A stretch of DNA of 63,956 bases, filler included, from Octopus bimaculoides (GCF_001194135.2; 5 parts of 5 records of this genome joined end to end with filler, not necessarily neighbours in it); one strand, 5' to 3'. Positions 36,283 through 50,830 are shown, counted from the whole stretch's first letter. The notes: a model not told the origin generated them from the sequence alone. A program made the numbers and translations.

Positions 36283-37569
36283 GTAGTATTTTTGCTTTTT
36301 ATTGAGAGAATTAGTTATGTAAATGAATTGTGTTTGCTTGGGAACTGAAGCTTAGTCAAAGAATCAATTTAGCATTACCTATCTACCATCACACAATGGT
36401 GTCTGACTAAGAAATATTTCAAAGACTAATTCTTAAAAAGGAATTCATGTGTCAGTAAGTTTGAAATTAATTGTGATTGGTTTCCGAAAACTAGAAACTA
36501 TTAGGATATTATTGTGAAACCTAGACAGAAACTGAGCCTCAATTCTCTAGCTGAATTCATTGTTTCCCTGGTCAGTTAACTTCCCTGGTATTATTGACAT
36601 CCATCTACTGTTGCTTTATACCTCACTAAATCCAATCTACATAGTTAATTTCCTGTCAGAAAATCAAATTACTAAGGAATTTGATATATCTTTAGACTGA
36701 TGTAGACCTTTTCTAAAGTTTAGGTCAGTGAAAGACATTTGTATATATTACACAAATTACTTTCTTCTTACAGTGAGAGACCCCATATGCCAATCACAGT
36801 TGCAGGCGCATGTATGCATAAACTCTACCACATTCATTTTCACATAAACACACATGCACACACACATATCCATGCAGTCTCATAGTGAAGGCACTGTAGA
36901 ATATGATATAATGAAGGAATGGTATTTACAATTTATGAAGTGCCTGGAACAAACATTCAAGTATTTTATGATGTAGGGTTCATTATACATTTCACATTGG
37001 TGCTCATAAAGCAGTTGGTTTTATTGGAGTCTGGCATGTTGTCATTAGTAATGATTAAACGCTAATGATAATAATTATATATATATATATATATAGTAAA
37101 TCCAAAAGAAGAAGAACAAACACAAAAAAACAACAATACAAGGATGTGGTACATGTAAAGTATTAGCAGACACTCAGGGAAAGAAAGAAAGATGGTTTAA
37201 CATTTTGAGCAACACTCTTCTTCCAAAACAGAGGAAAGTCCAGTAGAAAGGAAGACAGAGGAAGAAAATTGCATGTATATATATATATATATATANNNNN
37301 NNNNNNNNNNNNNNNNNNNNNNNNNNNNNNNNNNNNNNNTTAATTAATTAANNNNNNNNNNNNNNNNNNNNNNNNNNNNNNNNNNNNNNNNNNNNATATA
37401 TATATATATATATACATATATACGACGGGGTTCTTTCAGTTTCCGTCTACCAAATCCACTCACAAGGCTTTGGTCGGCCCAACACTTGCCCAAGGTGCCA
37501 CGCAGTGGGAATGAACCAAAAACCATGTGTTTGGTAAGCAAGCTACTTACCACACAGCCACTCCTGATT

Positions 37570-37990
37570 AAAATATCACAGAAAGGAATTGCAAGGCGGG
37601 TTCCGCAAGCCGAGCCAACCGACAGCAGACTTAAGGGTGGACCAAGAAAGAGATGGTTCGATACTATCCATTGCCTCAGTAGGTCACGTGTGGGAATCCA
37701 GCAAGAAAGCCTTGTAGCCATTGTTTCTGATAGGACCCTAGAGAGGAGGTGGCTGAGGTGCCCAGGAATAGTGGAGAAAATACGTCGATAGATATCTTGA
37801 AGAGGCTCTGTGAGGACAACCCTCCCAGGAATAGAGGAGAAAATACATGGATAGATATTTTGGAGAGGCTCTGGGAATGATGGTGAATTCTTGAAGACAG
37901 CAAATGTAAGCATCGTCCTCTCACGACATAACAGATGAAAGAACTTTAAACTCTACGGCGAGCTATGTTCTGGGAAAAAGACCTCCTCAC
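37570..37990 (+). mobile_element. RTE-like LINE 3' end with ~63 bp tandem duplication in the 3' UTR
   Basis: RLKGGPRKRWFDTI...SLVAIVSDR resembles the RTE C-terminal GRPRKRW...DR..W motif; cccaggaatag.ggagaaaatac...agaggctctg occurs twice (~37760 and ~37823). Confidence 0.55.
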
Positions 37991-38936
37991 AAACTGAAAT
38001 TATAAAGACCGTCTTAAACCTGAAACTGGAAGAAGCCCGTCGTATATATATANNNNNNNNNNNNNNNNNNNNNNNNNNNNNNNNNNNNNNNNNNNNNNNN
38101 NNNNNNNNNNNNNNNNNNNNNNNNNNNNNNNNNNNNNNNNNNNNNNNNNNNNNNNNNNNNNNNNNNNNNNNNNNNNNNNNNNNNNNNNNNNNNNNNNNNN
38201 NNNNNNNNNNNNNNNNNNNNNNNNNNNNNNNNNNNNNNNNNNNNNNNNNNNNNNNNNNNNNNNNNNNNNNNNNNNNNNNNNNNNNNNNNNNNNNNNNNNN
38301 NNNNNNNNNNNNNNNNNNNNNNNNNNNNNNNNNNNNNNNNNNNNNNNNNNNNNNNNNNNNNNNNNNNNNNNNNNNNNNNNNNNNNNNNNNNNNNNNNNNN
38401 NNNNNNNNNNNNNNNNNNNNNNNNNNNNNNNNNNNNNNNNNNNNNNNNNNNNNNNNNNNNNNNNNNNNNNNNNNNNNNNNNNNNNNNNNNNNNNNNNNNN
38501 NNNNNNNNNNNNNNNNNNNNNNNNNNNNNNNNNNNNNNNNNNNNNNNNNNNNNNNNNNNNNNNNNNNNNNNNNNNNNNNNNNNNNNNNNNNNNNNNNNNN
38601 NNNNNNNNNNNNNNNNNNNNNNNNNNNNNNNNNNNNNNNNNNNNNNNNNNNNNNNNNNNNNNNNNNNNNNNNNNNNNNNNNNNNNNNNNNNNNNNNNNNN
38701 NNNNNNNNNNNNNNNNNNNNNNNNNNNNNNNNNNNNNNNNNNNNNNNNNNNNNNNNNNNNNNNNNNNNNNNNNNNNNNNNNNNNNNNNNNNNNNNNNNNN
38801 NNNNNNNNNNNNNNNNNNNNNNNNNNNNNNNNNNNNNNNNNNNNNNNNNNNNNNNNNNNNNNNNNNNNNNNNNNNNNNNNNNNNNNNNNNNNNNNNNNNN
38901 NNNNNNNNNNNNNNNNNNNNNNNNNNNNNNNNNNNN

Positions 38937-38967
<31 letters not shown>

Positions 38968-40179
38968 TACGACGGGCTTCTTTCCGTTTCCGTCTAGCAA
39001 ATCCACTCACAAGGCTTTGGTCGGCCCGAGGCTATAGTAGAAGACACTTGCCCAAGGTGCCACGCAGTGGGAATGAACCCGGAACAATGTGGGTAGTAAG
39101 CAAGCTACTTACCACACAGCCACTCCTGCGCCTATATTTAATCTACACAAATACTTAATCTATACAACTCGCGTAGAGTCTTCTTCCGTCTATATTTATA
39201 TACACACATAAATACATACGCATACACATGCAAGAGTAAAGGGGCGGCGTGTGTGCATATGCGATCGACGCAGTTTCGGTTTCAATCCCACTGCACTGTA
39301 CCGAACCATGGGTGTCTTCTACATGGGTTCCGGACTGACCAATGCCTTGTGTGTGAATTTCTCAAATGGAAACTGTGTGGAAGTTTGTATTATCTGTATG
39401 TACGTATGCATGCATTCATGCATGTATATATGTATGTATGTATTGCGTACATATATATGTACGTTAAGGCGCATGGGTCAGTGGTTAGTGTCAGGCTTAC
39501 AAACATGAGGTAGTGAGTTCGATTCTTGGGCCGGGTTCTGTGTTGTATTCTTGAGCAAGACATTTTATTTCCCGTTGCTCCAGTTCGCGATTCTGTAAGA
39601 AATGAGTTGTGACGTCACTGGTGCCAAGCTGTATCAGCCTTTGCCTTTCCCTTGGGCAACAACAAAAAACAGAAGGTTAAAGATGACTTGTATTAATCCT
39701 GTAATGTCTGAACAAACTCATTACTAAAATACTTCTACACGTTTTTCTTCCCTCTGAGGTGTATAAATATTTTCCCTTTCTTTCTTTGTTTTTTTTTTGT
39801 GGACTCTATATACTTAAATTTGAAAAGTTGGAGACAAATATATTTCAATAATTTATTCTATACAGTCATATGAATAATTTGAAACAGGTGAAGAAAATTA
39901 AGAAATAAATCTTTGTCTTCTGTTTTTTTTATTTTTTATTTTTGATAGATAGATAGAAAGATTGATTGATTGATTGATTGATTGATAGGTATTGCTTTGT
40001 GCTGAGTGGGAGTGCTAAGGTAAAATGTAAGCTACATGGGTTTCTTAATTTATGTTTTTTAACTAAAATTTTATCTATTCCACCCCTTTGAATTTGGAAT
40101 TTTATTCACATTTTTAACGCATTTGTTACAAACAGTGAATTATAATGCAAATAAATTGTTATTTTATCCTCTCGTATAC

Positions 40180-40386
40180 TCTTTTTACTTTTTTTACTCC
40201 TTTCAGTCATTTGACTGTGGCCATGTTGGAGCACCGACTTTAGTCGAGCAAATCGACCCCAGCACTTATACTTTGTAAGCCTAGTACTTATTCTATCGGT
40301 CTGTTTTACCGAACCGCTAAGTTACGGGGACATAAACACACCGGCATCGATTGTCAAGCGATGGTGGGGGAACAAGCACAGACACA

Positions 40387-40484
<98 letters not shown>

Positions 40485-40652
40485 TATACGACGGGCTTCT
40501 TTCAGTTTCCGTCTACCAAATCCACTCACAAGGCTTTGGTCGGCCCGAGGCTATAGTAGAAGACATTTGCCCAAGGTGCCACGCAGTGGGACTGAACTCG
40601 GAGCCATGTGGTTGGTAAGCGAGCTACTTACCACACAGCCACTCCTACGCCT
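40180..40652 (-). mobile_element. SINE family A, full length
   Basis: Near-consensus; further partial copies at ~357-520, 6715-6960, 7660-7830, 31255-31440, 31940-32105, 35925-36150, 37415-37565, 38960-39135 and 49680-49823. Confidence 0.9.
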
Positions 40653-42179
40653 GTCCACTTTTGTTCTCACTGCTAGCCGCCTACTGCTTGTAGCTTACAA
40701 ACTTCCTACACTCGGATTCCTGGATCGTATTTACATATTGCGCGCGCGCGTGTGTGCGTGTGTGTGTAAATTCAAGAATCACCTAATCGCCACCTCCTGT
40801 CCCTATCACCACACCACAAGTCGTCTCTTGTCTAACTTTCACAAGTCAACATTTAACTTATTTCTCCCCCTCCCACTACTCTCTCTTCTTCATAAGCTTA
40901 GCCAATCATCGATTATTTCACGCTGAGCTTGTATCGCTAGCACTTATTCATTCTCTGTACACACACATGCACAGTGGAGGCGCAATGGCCCAGTGATTAG
41001 GGCAGCGGACTCGCGGTTATAGGATCGCGGTTTCGATTCCCATAGAGGGGACAAACAAGGACAGACAAAGGGATTAAGTCGATTACATCGACCACGGTGC
41101 ATAACTGGTACTTAATTTATCGATCTCGAAAGGATGAAAGGCAAAGTCGACCTCGGCAGAATTTGAACTCAGAATGTAATGGCAGACGAAATATCGCTAA
41201 GCATTTCGCCCGGCGTGCTAACGTTTCTTATTTCCTTATTGCCCACAAGGGGCTAAACATAGAGGGGACAAACAAGGACAGACAAAGGGATTAAGTCGAT
41301 TACATCGACCNNNNNNNNNNNNNNNNNNNNNNNNNNNNNNNNNNNNNNNNNNNNNNNNNNNNNNNNNNNNNNNNNNNNNNNNNNNNNNNNNNNNNNNNNN
41401 NNNNNNNNNNNNNNNNNNNNNNNNNNNNNNNNNNNNNNNNNNNNNNNNNNNNNNNNNNNNNNNNNNNNNNNNNNNNNNNNNNNNNNNNNNNNNNNNNNNN
41501 NNNNNNNNNNNNNNNNNNNNNNNNNNNNNNNNNNNNNNNNNNNNNNNNNNNNNNNNNNNNNNNNNNNNNNNNNNNNNNNNNNNNNNNNNNNNNNNNNNNN
41601 NNNNNNNNNNNNNNNNNNNNNNNNNNAGTGGAGGCGCAATGGCCCAGTGATTAGGGCAGCGGACTCGCGGTTATAGGATCGCGGTTTCGATTCCCATAGA
41701 GGGGACAAACAAGGACAGACAAAGGGATTAAGTCGATTACATCGACCCCGGTGCGTAACTGGTTCTTAATTTATCGATCTCGAAAGGATGAAAGGCAAAG
41801 TCGACCTCGGCGGAATTTGAACTCAGAACGTAGCAGCAGACAAAACACCGCTAGGCATTTCGCCTGGTGTGCTAACGATTCTGCCAGCTCGCCGCTTTCT
41901 TGTGGCTAAATAATACCAAGAACATCTTGACACCTGATATACTCATTCGAGTACACACACACACACACACACACTTGTTTACCACCACCACCACCATCAC
42001 TACTACCACCACCACCATCATCACTACCACCACCATCACCATTACTATCATCTCTACCATCACCGCCGCCACCACTACCACCATCCCCACCACCACTACC
42101 ATCAACCCATCAACGTCACACCATCACACTGTCTCACGTGGTCTTCCAGTATGCTGGAAATAACAGCAAAATTCTCTGT

Positions 42180-42350
42180 GATCCAGCGAAGTAGCCTCTC
42201 TGTGGCTGCGGTGATTCGACCTGCTAAACACAAACCACCATATCTCCCTCAAAATCGTATCTTCCCGCCGTGAACGAAGTCCCCTAGTTTCGTGTCCAGT
42301 AACTTTGATCATAGAATCCTGCTCCGACCGAGGGCAAGTGACCAGGGGCT
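42180..42350 (+). mobile_element. SINE-like family E fragment
   Basis: ctgcta..aa...ca..atctccctcaaa motif shared with ~8400-8500 (-), 15930-16000 (+) and 16935-17095 (+). Confidence 0.5.
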
Positions 42351-42559
42351 AAACAACACCAGCATCAAAACTCTACCACCACCACCACCACCACCACAGG
42401 CACGCAACGTTAATAAACCCCATCTCACAACACCATCACCATCTCCACCATCATCAACTACAGCAGCAACAGCAGCAGCAGCGATAACGACTGTTGTGGC
42501 AGTTTGTAGCAACAGATTTCTTGCAGAGCCAACCTGCAAACACTTTCCAGCTTCTTCTA

Positions 42560-42593
<34 letters not shown>

Positions 42594-44329
42594 ATCTCCT
42601 CTATTCTCTTCCTCATCTTAATACAAAACACACGCATTACACATATATTTATCATTGTTTAGTTTATCCCTTCATCCAGCAAGCAATTCATCCCGGATAG
42701 CTTGTTTGCTACGTAGCTAGTCACCGGGCAAGCTAGATAGATAGATGACATGCTAACTAGCGAGTTAACGTGATAAATTGTTAGATACCAAGATGGCAAT
42801 TGTAGGATAACTAGCAAGGTTCAAACAATGCATCATCTATCTTTTTCCTTATTGTTCTATCTATCTATCTATCTTGCTACCTAGCTAGCTATCTGTTATA
42901 TATCTATCTATCTACATAGTTAGCAAGCTATCGGTCTATGTTTCTGTTATGTATCTATCTATCTACATAGCTAGCAAGCTATCGGTCTATGTATCTGCCT
43001 GGCTCTCTGTCTATTTATCTATCTATCTATCTATCTATCTGTCTATCTATCCTATTTGTCAGTCTATCTACCTGTCTGTCTATTTATCCGTCTGTCTTTC
43101 TGTCTGTTTATCAGTGTATCTGTTTGCATGTGTATCTATGTGTATCTATGTATCTACTTACTTGTGAGATGTATGTTTGTGTGTATATATGCATATAGGT
43201 ATCTATCATCTGTTTGTCTACTGTCTATCTATCAATATACCAATGTTTAAACGCTTCTGCATAACGCACACACACACACACACACACACGACTTCTGTAC
43301 GAGTGATATAACATGACATGCCTACGTGTGAGTGTGAGTGCGTGCTCGCATGTGCGCGTTTGTGAGTGTTAGTGTGTGAGTTCTAGCATGCTTCTCATTC
43401 GAACACACTGACTCACCTCTCACTTCTACTCTCTCTAACCACCAGTCACCATCGATCAATGAACCGCCAATACCAACTGGTGGTAGTGGATGCATAGCTG
43501 CAGTAGTAGCGGCGGCGGCGATGATTATGGTGGTGGTGGTCGTGGTCGTAGTCGTGGTGGCGTAGTGTAGTGGTATTTGCTGCACTACAAATAAGNNNNN
43601 NNNNNNNNNNNNNNNNNNNNNNNNNNNNNNNNNNNNNNNNNNNNNNNNNNNNNNNNNNNNNNNNNNNNNNNNNNNNNNNNNNNNNNNNNNNNNNNNNNNN
43701 NNNNNNNNNNNNNNNNNNNNNNNNNNNNNNNNNNNNNNNNNNNNNNNNNNNNNNNNNNNNNNNNNNNNNNNNNNNNNNNNNNNNNNNNNNNNNNNNNNNN
43801 NNNNNNNNNNNNNNNNNNNNNNNNNNNNNNNNNNNNNNNNNNNNNNNNNNNNNNNNNNNNNNNNNNNNNNNNNNNNNNNNNNNNNNNNNNNNNNNNNNNN
43901 NNNNNNNNNNNNNNNNNNNNNNNNNNNNNNNNNNNNNNNNNNNNNNNNNNNNNNNNNNNNNNNNNNNNNNNNNNNNNNNNNNNNNNNNNNNNNNNNNNNN
44001 NGGTGATGATGCTGTTGGCTGTAGCCGGTGGTGGCGGCGGTGGTGGTGGTGGTGGTTATTGTAGCGGTGCTGTACGTGAAACAGATGTGCGTGCATTAGT
44101 AATTAGATAGATCGGTCGGCATTCGATCAGTTAATCGCTTTCTGACGAGTGTTTGCCACGTTAGGGACACCAGATACTAAAGCGGGTGATTGATCTTTCA
44201 TCGACTGCGATCGATACTTTTGTTACTGCACCATACCTAGGATACACACAGGCAGACAGGTAGACTGATGGACAGGTAGACAGAGCGATGCATGCAGGCC
44301 TTGACGGCTAAATGGATGGATCGCTGGGT

Positions 44330-44724
44330 AGGCAGGCAGGTAGGTAGGTAGGTAGGTAGGTAGGTAGGTAGGTAGGTAGGTAGGTAGGTGGGCAGGTAAA
44401 TAGATAGGTAGGTAGGTTGGTGGGTAGGTAGGAATAGATGGAAAGGGTGGTAGGTATGTAAGTGGGTAGGGGGTAAGATAGAGAGGTAGACAGCTGGGTA
44501 GGTAGGCTGATAAGCAAATAGGTAGGTAGGTAGGTAGGTAGGTGGTGTGGTAGATTGGTGCAGTTGTAGATAGATAGGCAGGTGCAGGTGGGCTGGTAGG
44601 TGAGGTGAAAAGGGTGCTGACTTTGCGAGTAGATAGGTGGGTAGAGAGACAAGGGTAGGTAGGTAGGTAAATAGATAGATAGGTAGATCGGTATGTATGC
44701 ATAGATAGATAGATAGAGAGAGAG

Positions 44725-44768
<44 letters not shown>

Positions 44769-44790
44769 GAGTAGCTCGATAGATAGAGAG
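44330..44790. repeat. (AGGT)n/(AGAT)n compound microsatellite
   Basis: Seen directly; a similar (ATCT)n block lies at 42830-43230. Confidence 0.95.
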
Positions 44791-45239
44791 CGAGAGAGAG
44801 GGGAGAGGGGTGATGCAGAAAGAGATGTATTACTACTACTCATACAGCACCCCTCACCCCCCACTGTCTCACTTGTTAGATATTTTCACAGAATGCACTG
44901 TGATATATGCATGTGTGATATGCATGTTGCCTGCTACGATGTAACTGCGCAGCAACATGTGTGGTATGCAGAGAAATATTGCTGTTCGACGGCAGAGGAA
45001 TAACTGACCAAGTAGATAGAGTAACAGATATAGGCAGAAGACGATAGCCAGCTTCATGTCCTGTTTGTTCATCGCTAGAAAACTATACTGAATTCATTCA
45101 TGAGCGAGATGATTTGATTGACTCATGCTGACTCGGTCCACCTTGTTAGATGTAGATATAACGAAGTGTGATTAAGAAGCTCGTTTGGCAACAAATGGCG
45201 TGGTTTCAAATTCAGTATCACAACACAGTACCTTGTGCA

Positions 45240-45438
45240 AGGAGGCGCAATGGCCCAGTGATTAGTGCAGCGGACTCGCGGTCATAGGATCGCGGTTTCG
45301 ATTCCCAGACCGGGCGTTGTGAGTGTTTATTGAGCGAAAACACCTAAAGCTCCACGAGGCTCCGGCAGGGGATGGTGGCGAACCCTGCTGCACTCTTTCA
45401 CCACAACTTTCTCTCACTCTTTCTTCCTGTTTCTGTTG
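45240..45438 (+). mobile_element. tRNA-derived SINE family B, truncated by gap
   Basis: ggaggcgcaatggcccagtg (A box), ggtttcgattccc (B box); fuller copy at 50460-50830; head-only copies at 40975 and 41628. Confidence 0.8.
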
Positions 45439-46779
45439 NNNNNNNNNNNNNNNNNNNNNNNNNNNNNNNNNNNNNNNNNNNNNNNNNNNNNNNNNNNNNN
45501 NNNNNNNNNNNNNNNNNNNNNNNNNNNNNNNNNNNNNNNNNNNNNNNNNNNNNNNNNNNNNNNNNNNNNNNNNNNNNNNNNNNNNNNNNNNNNNNNNNNN
45601 NNNNNNNNNNNNNNNNNNNNNNNNNNNNNNNNNNNNNNNNNNNNNNNNNNNNNNNNNNNNNNNNNNNNNNNNNNNNNNNNNNNNNNNNNNNNNNNNNNNN
45701 NNNNNNNNNNNNNNNNNNNNNNNNNNNNNNNNNNNNNNNNNNNNNNNNNNNNNNNNNNNNNNNNNNNNNNNNNNNNNNNNNNNNNNNNNNNNNNNNNNNN
45801 NNNNNNNNNNNNNNNNNNNNNNNNNNNNNNNNNNNNNNNNNNNNNNNNNNNNNNNNNNNNNNNNNNNNNNNNNNNNNNNNNNNNNNNNNNNNNNNNNNNN
45901 NNNNNNNNNNNNNNNNNNNNNNNNNNNNNNNNGTAATAATAATAATGAGTTGGTGCACAATTATTGCGGCTTTTTTTTCAACAAATTTTATTCAACAAAA
46001 ACAATAACAACATGTAACAAAAACATCTTTAAATGATTATTCCGGAGCATATTCACCATCTGGGTGGAGGCACGTGGATTAGTGGTTAGGGTGTCAGCAG
46101 CATCATGATCGTGAGATTGTGGTTTCGATTCCTGGACCGGGCGACGCGTTGTGTTCTTGAGCAAAACACTTCATTTCACGTTGCTTCAGTCCACTCAGCT
46201 GGCAAAAGTGAGTAACGCTGCGATGGACTGGCGTCCCGTCCAGTTGGGGAACACTTACGCCATTGAAACCGGGAAACCGGGCCCATGAGCCTGGCTAGGC
46301 TTTAAAAGGGCGCATTTATTATTATTATATTCACCATCTACTTCAATTACTGCTTCCCATTTGCTTGGCAGATGGTCAGACCGTCATTTAAAGATGGTTT
46401 TGTATATATTTATTTGCGTGCATACATAGGCGCAGGAGTGGCTGTGTGGTAAGAAGCTTGGATACTGACTGAAACAAGTAAAACAATAAAAGAATAAAGG
46501 CATACATATGTGCACCCGAATACCATCACCTGACGACCGGTGACAGTTTGTTTATGTTCCTGTAAATTAGCGGTTCGCCGAAAGCTACCAAAGAAAAGAA
46601 ATAACTGACTGTAAAAGTAAAGCGGTGCTCCAGCATGGCCGCACTCCAGTGACTGAAACAAGTGGAATAATAAAAGAACGAATATGCATCCATCCATGCA
46701 CACACACACACATGCACATACATACATACACACATGTATACATGTATGTATGTATGTATGTATGTATGTATGTATGTAT

Positions 46780-46935
46780 GTATGTATGTGGTAAGAAGTT
46801 TGCTCCCCAACCACATGGTCACGGATTCAGTTCCGCTACATGGCATAAATGTCTTCTAATACAGCTTCCGGCCGACCAACGCCTTGTGAGTGGATTTGGT
46901 GGACGGAAACCGAAAGAAGCCCGTCGTGTATATAG

Positions 46936-46986
<51 letters not shown>

Positions 46987-47306
46987 NNNNNNNNNNNNNN
47001 NNNNNNNNNNNNNNNNNNNNNNNNNNNNNNNNNNNNNNNNNNNNNNNNNNNNNNNNNNNNNNNNNNNNNNNNNNNNNNNNNNNNNNNNNNNNNNNNNNNN
47101 NNNNNNNNNNNNNNNNNNNNNNNNNNNNNNNNNNNNNNNNNNNNNNNNNNNNNNNNNNNNNNNNNNNNNNNNNNNNNNNNNNNNNNNNNNNNNNNNNNNN
47201 NNNNNNNNNNNNNNNNNNNNNNNNNNNNNNNNNNNNNNNNNNNNNNNNNNNNNNNNNNNNNNNNNNNNNNNNNNNNNNNNNNNNNNNNNNNNNNNNNNNN
47301 NNNNNN

Positions 47307-47357
<51 letters not shown>

Positions 47358-47547
47358 TGTGAGCGTGTGTGTGTGTGTTCCCCACAACCGTTTGACAACT
47401 GGTGTTGGTGTGTTTACGTCCCCATAACTTAGCGGTTCGGCAAGAGTCCGTTAGAATAATTATCAGGTTTTACAAAATGAAAATTATAAATACTGGGGTC
47501 GATTCGTTCGAGTAAAACTCTTCAAGGCAGTGCCCCAGCATGGCCAC
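46780..47547 (+). mobile_element. SINE family A with a gap in its internal (TG)n
   Basis: Head and tail colinear across the N-run. Confidence 0.85.
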
Positions 47548-48289
47548 ACACATACATGCAAAAATACATACATACATACATACATACATACATACATGAT
47601 GGCTGCTACCTCTCATTCGAGTATTGCCATTACCTGATCGAAAATCCCACATATGCCAAGGCAACGACCAGCCATTTTATTGATAGGTCTTACTTTTTCT
47701 TAATTGTTTTTGTTTTTTGCAAGCGCTGCCTGTGCATAATGATTTTTTTTATTATAGAGGACAAAGGATTTGCACAAATCCAATCATGAACTCGAAAAGT
47801 GGAACTAGTCTACATCATCGAATATTATCAGTGTCGTGGGCTTTCTTTAAGAGTTTCCCTCTCCTGGAGAGATGTGACAACAACAGAGGGGCCTCACACT
47901 TCCAGTGGGCCAACCACGCGCCTGGACACCAACCCAGATATTTCCGCGTCCCCGTGCATACATACATGCATACATGCACATGTACACATATTGCTGGATG
48001 TCTGTTGAATACTCATGCGCCCTTCCGCCTTTTGACATATGCTGACATGCATACATACATGCATACATACATACATGCATGCATACATACATACATGCAT
48101 ACATACATACATGCATACATACATACTGTTATATCGCACATTCTGATGGCGTACCTTCGCCATTGACGTACCTCTTGGCAACAAACCATCACTTTATCGT
48201 GCTGCTACTGTATAAGTCTTCCTAGGAGACTTAGAAATGCCATATTTCTAATATTAGGATTTTTATGCATGAAACGGCGCTGAGGGTCC

Positions 48290-48346
48290 AGTTGAGTAAA
48301 ATAGAGACCAAGGGGTCCATAAGCAAAAAATGGTTGAGAAACGCTG
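48290..48346. mobile_element. Solo hAT-like terminal repeat
   Basis: ggggtccat...ggttgagaaacgctg (reverse complement CAGCGTTTCTCAACC); partner end not found. Confidence 0.4.
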
Positions 48347-48959
48347 GCATAGACAGATCGGGTGTGTAGATGATGTACATTGTATAAAGTGACTTAACGC
48401 GTAAATATTTATTGACAAGATAGACACAGTGTATAGAGACTAAGTGGGGGAACAGACCCACACCGTGTGTAGACATGGATTAGGCAGAGGCGTAGCTAGA
48501 GTGTGAATTGTCCAGGGATGCCAAGGCCATTTTAACAACATTATAAGTCCACGGGAAAATCCTCTGGGCCCTTTAATATTTCTCTATTGACATCAAACCA
48601 CAGCATATATAAAGCAGAAAGTGGAGCCCTAAACCTGAGAGGATCTCGGGAAAATCAATACACTGGACCCTATAGTATTTATATACTGACAAAAAGCTAC
48701 AACATACCGACTGGCACTTCGTCGCCAACGACGACGAGGGTCCCATTTGATCCGATCAACAGAACAGCCCGCTCGTAAAATTAACGTGCAAGTGGCTGAG
48801 CACTCCACAGACATGCGTATCCTTAACGTTGTTCTCAGAGATTCAGCGTGACACAGAGTGTGATAAGGATGGCCCTTCAAAATACAGGTACTACTCATTT
48901 TTACCAGTGGAGTGTCAGGAAATAAATACAGCATACCAAAAGGTAAAAAAATGATTCAG

Positions 48960-49290
48960 AACCGCTGGATTGTAATCAAATCAATCACAGACACGCTCCA
49001 GCTACCTTTCTTCTCAACAGGGGTGCCGTCTCTTCTGTCGCTTCTATAATTCCTCCTGTCCCACAAAGCTGGCTAGTCGCGTAGCTCTACGACTCGAGTT
49101 CCCCAGTCTCATTCGTCTCTCCATCTCTCGTCATGCTTGCTACCTCCAACTCTCTTCGTCCGACACCAACTACTCTCACTCTACCAAATCTTTTCTCCCC
49201 AGGACATCGTCCCTCTGGAATCTCTCCCCTGCTCATGTCTGTCCTACAGAAGCTGACTTCAGTTTAAATGAAACATTAACTTTAACGTGT
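48960..49290 (+). mobile_element. CR1/L2-like LINE 3' fragment
   Basis: Peptide KSFLPRTSSLWN and upstream SLLS.FY resemble the CR1-type C-terminal SF.PRT..LWN.LP motif. Confidence 0.55.
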
Positions 49291-49637
49291 CGGTAGTGGT
49301 GTTTGAAAAAGGTCTCGTGCACTGTACCTTCCGCAAGACTTAGCAAGTGATTAGGGCGCGCACATATGAGCGTATAGGTGCGTGACCTAATTAGGCTGTT
49401 GCACCCACGGTCGCGAGATCGTGGTTTCGATTCCCAGGCTGACAGTGCGCTATGTTCTTCAGCAAAAATACTTAATTTCACGTTGCTCTAAACCACACAG
49501 ACTGGCGTTCCGTTTAGCGAGGATTGTCGGCCTGCCTGCCTATCTTAGCGAGGTGACATCATTCGAAAACTACAATAATGCAAGGAAGCGCATTGCGACC
49601 AGTTGTGTATAAAAACGTCCGATAGTCTGATCGATAG

Positions 49638-49679
<42 letters not shown>

Positions 49680-49922
49680 TCCTTTCTTTTTATTATTTTA
49701 CTTGTTTCAGTCATATGACTGCGGCTATGCTGGAGCACCGCCTTGAAGGGTTTTAGTCAAACAAATCGACCCCAGGACTTATTTTTTTTAAAACCTAGGA
49801 CTTATTTTATCGACTTCTTTTGCNNNNNNNNNNNNNNNNNNNNNNNNNNNNNNNNNNNNNNNNNNNNTTAATTAATTAANNNNNNNNNNNNNNNNNNNNN
49901 NNNNNNNNNNNNNNNNNNNNNN

Positions 49923-49923
49923 N

Positions 49924-50002
<79 letters not shown>
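49923..50002. repeat. (ATT)n microsatellite
   Basis: Pure tract adjoining a gap. Confidence 0.95.
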
Positions 50003-50350
50003 GTGAAGTGTTGAAAAACATTGTAGTTTTGGAATTAAAATAACCATGTAGTGTTTAGTTGTGATTTTCATTCTAATTTCAAATTCTGCAGGACTCGACT
50101 TTGGCCTTTGTTCTTCAGGAATAAATAAAATGAATTAAATACTAAACTAGTAAAATGCTGGAAGTCAATTGACTTGAATACAAACCTCTCTGAAATATGC
50201 ATAGCTATTGCAAGTGTATTGCCTACAACACTTCCTTATACATATATGTGTGTGTATGTGTGTGTGTGTGCGTGTGTGTGTTCATGTGAGTGTGTGTATA
50301 TACGTGTACATATACATGTGTGGGTGTAAATATATATAAATGTGGGGTTG

Positions 50351-50432
<82 letters not shown>

Positions 50433-50459
50433 AGTGTTTGCATATTGATATATGTACAT

Positions 50460-50830
50460 GTAGTGGAGGCGCAATTGCTCAGTAGTTAGGGCAGCGAACT
50501 CACGGCCTTAAGATCGCGGTTTCAATTCCCAGACCAGTTGTTCTGAGTGTTTATTGAGTGAAAGCACCTAAAGCTCCACAAGGCACCGGCAGGGGGCCGG
50601 AGCAGCAGGTGAACTCTGCTGTACTCTTTCACCACAACTTTCTCTTACTCTTTCTTCCTGTTTCTGTTGTACCTGTATTTCAAAGGGCCAGCTTTGTCAC
50701 ACTCTGTGTCATGCTGAATCTATCCGAGAACTGCATTAAGGGTACACATGGCTCTGGAGTGCTCAGCCACTTGCACGTTAATTTCACGAGCAGGCTGTTC
50801 TGTTAATCGGATCAACTGGAATTCTCATTG
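50460..50830 (+). mobile_element. SINE family B
   Basis: Colinear with 45240-45438; its 3' part is shared with 48700-48900 and 55311-55500 in reverse orientation. Confidence 0.8.
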
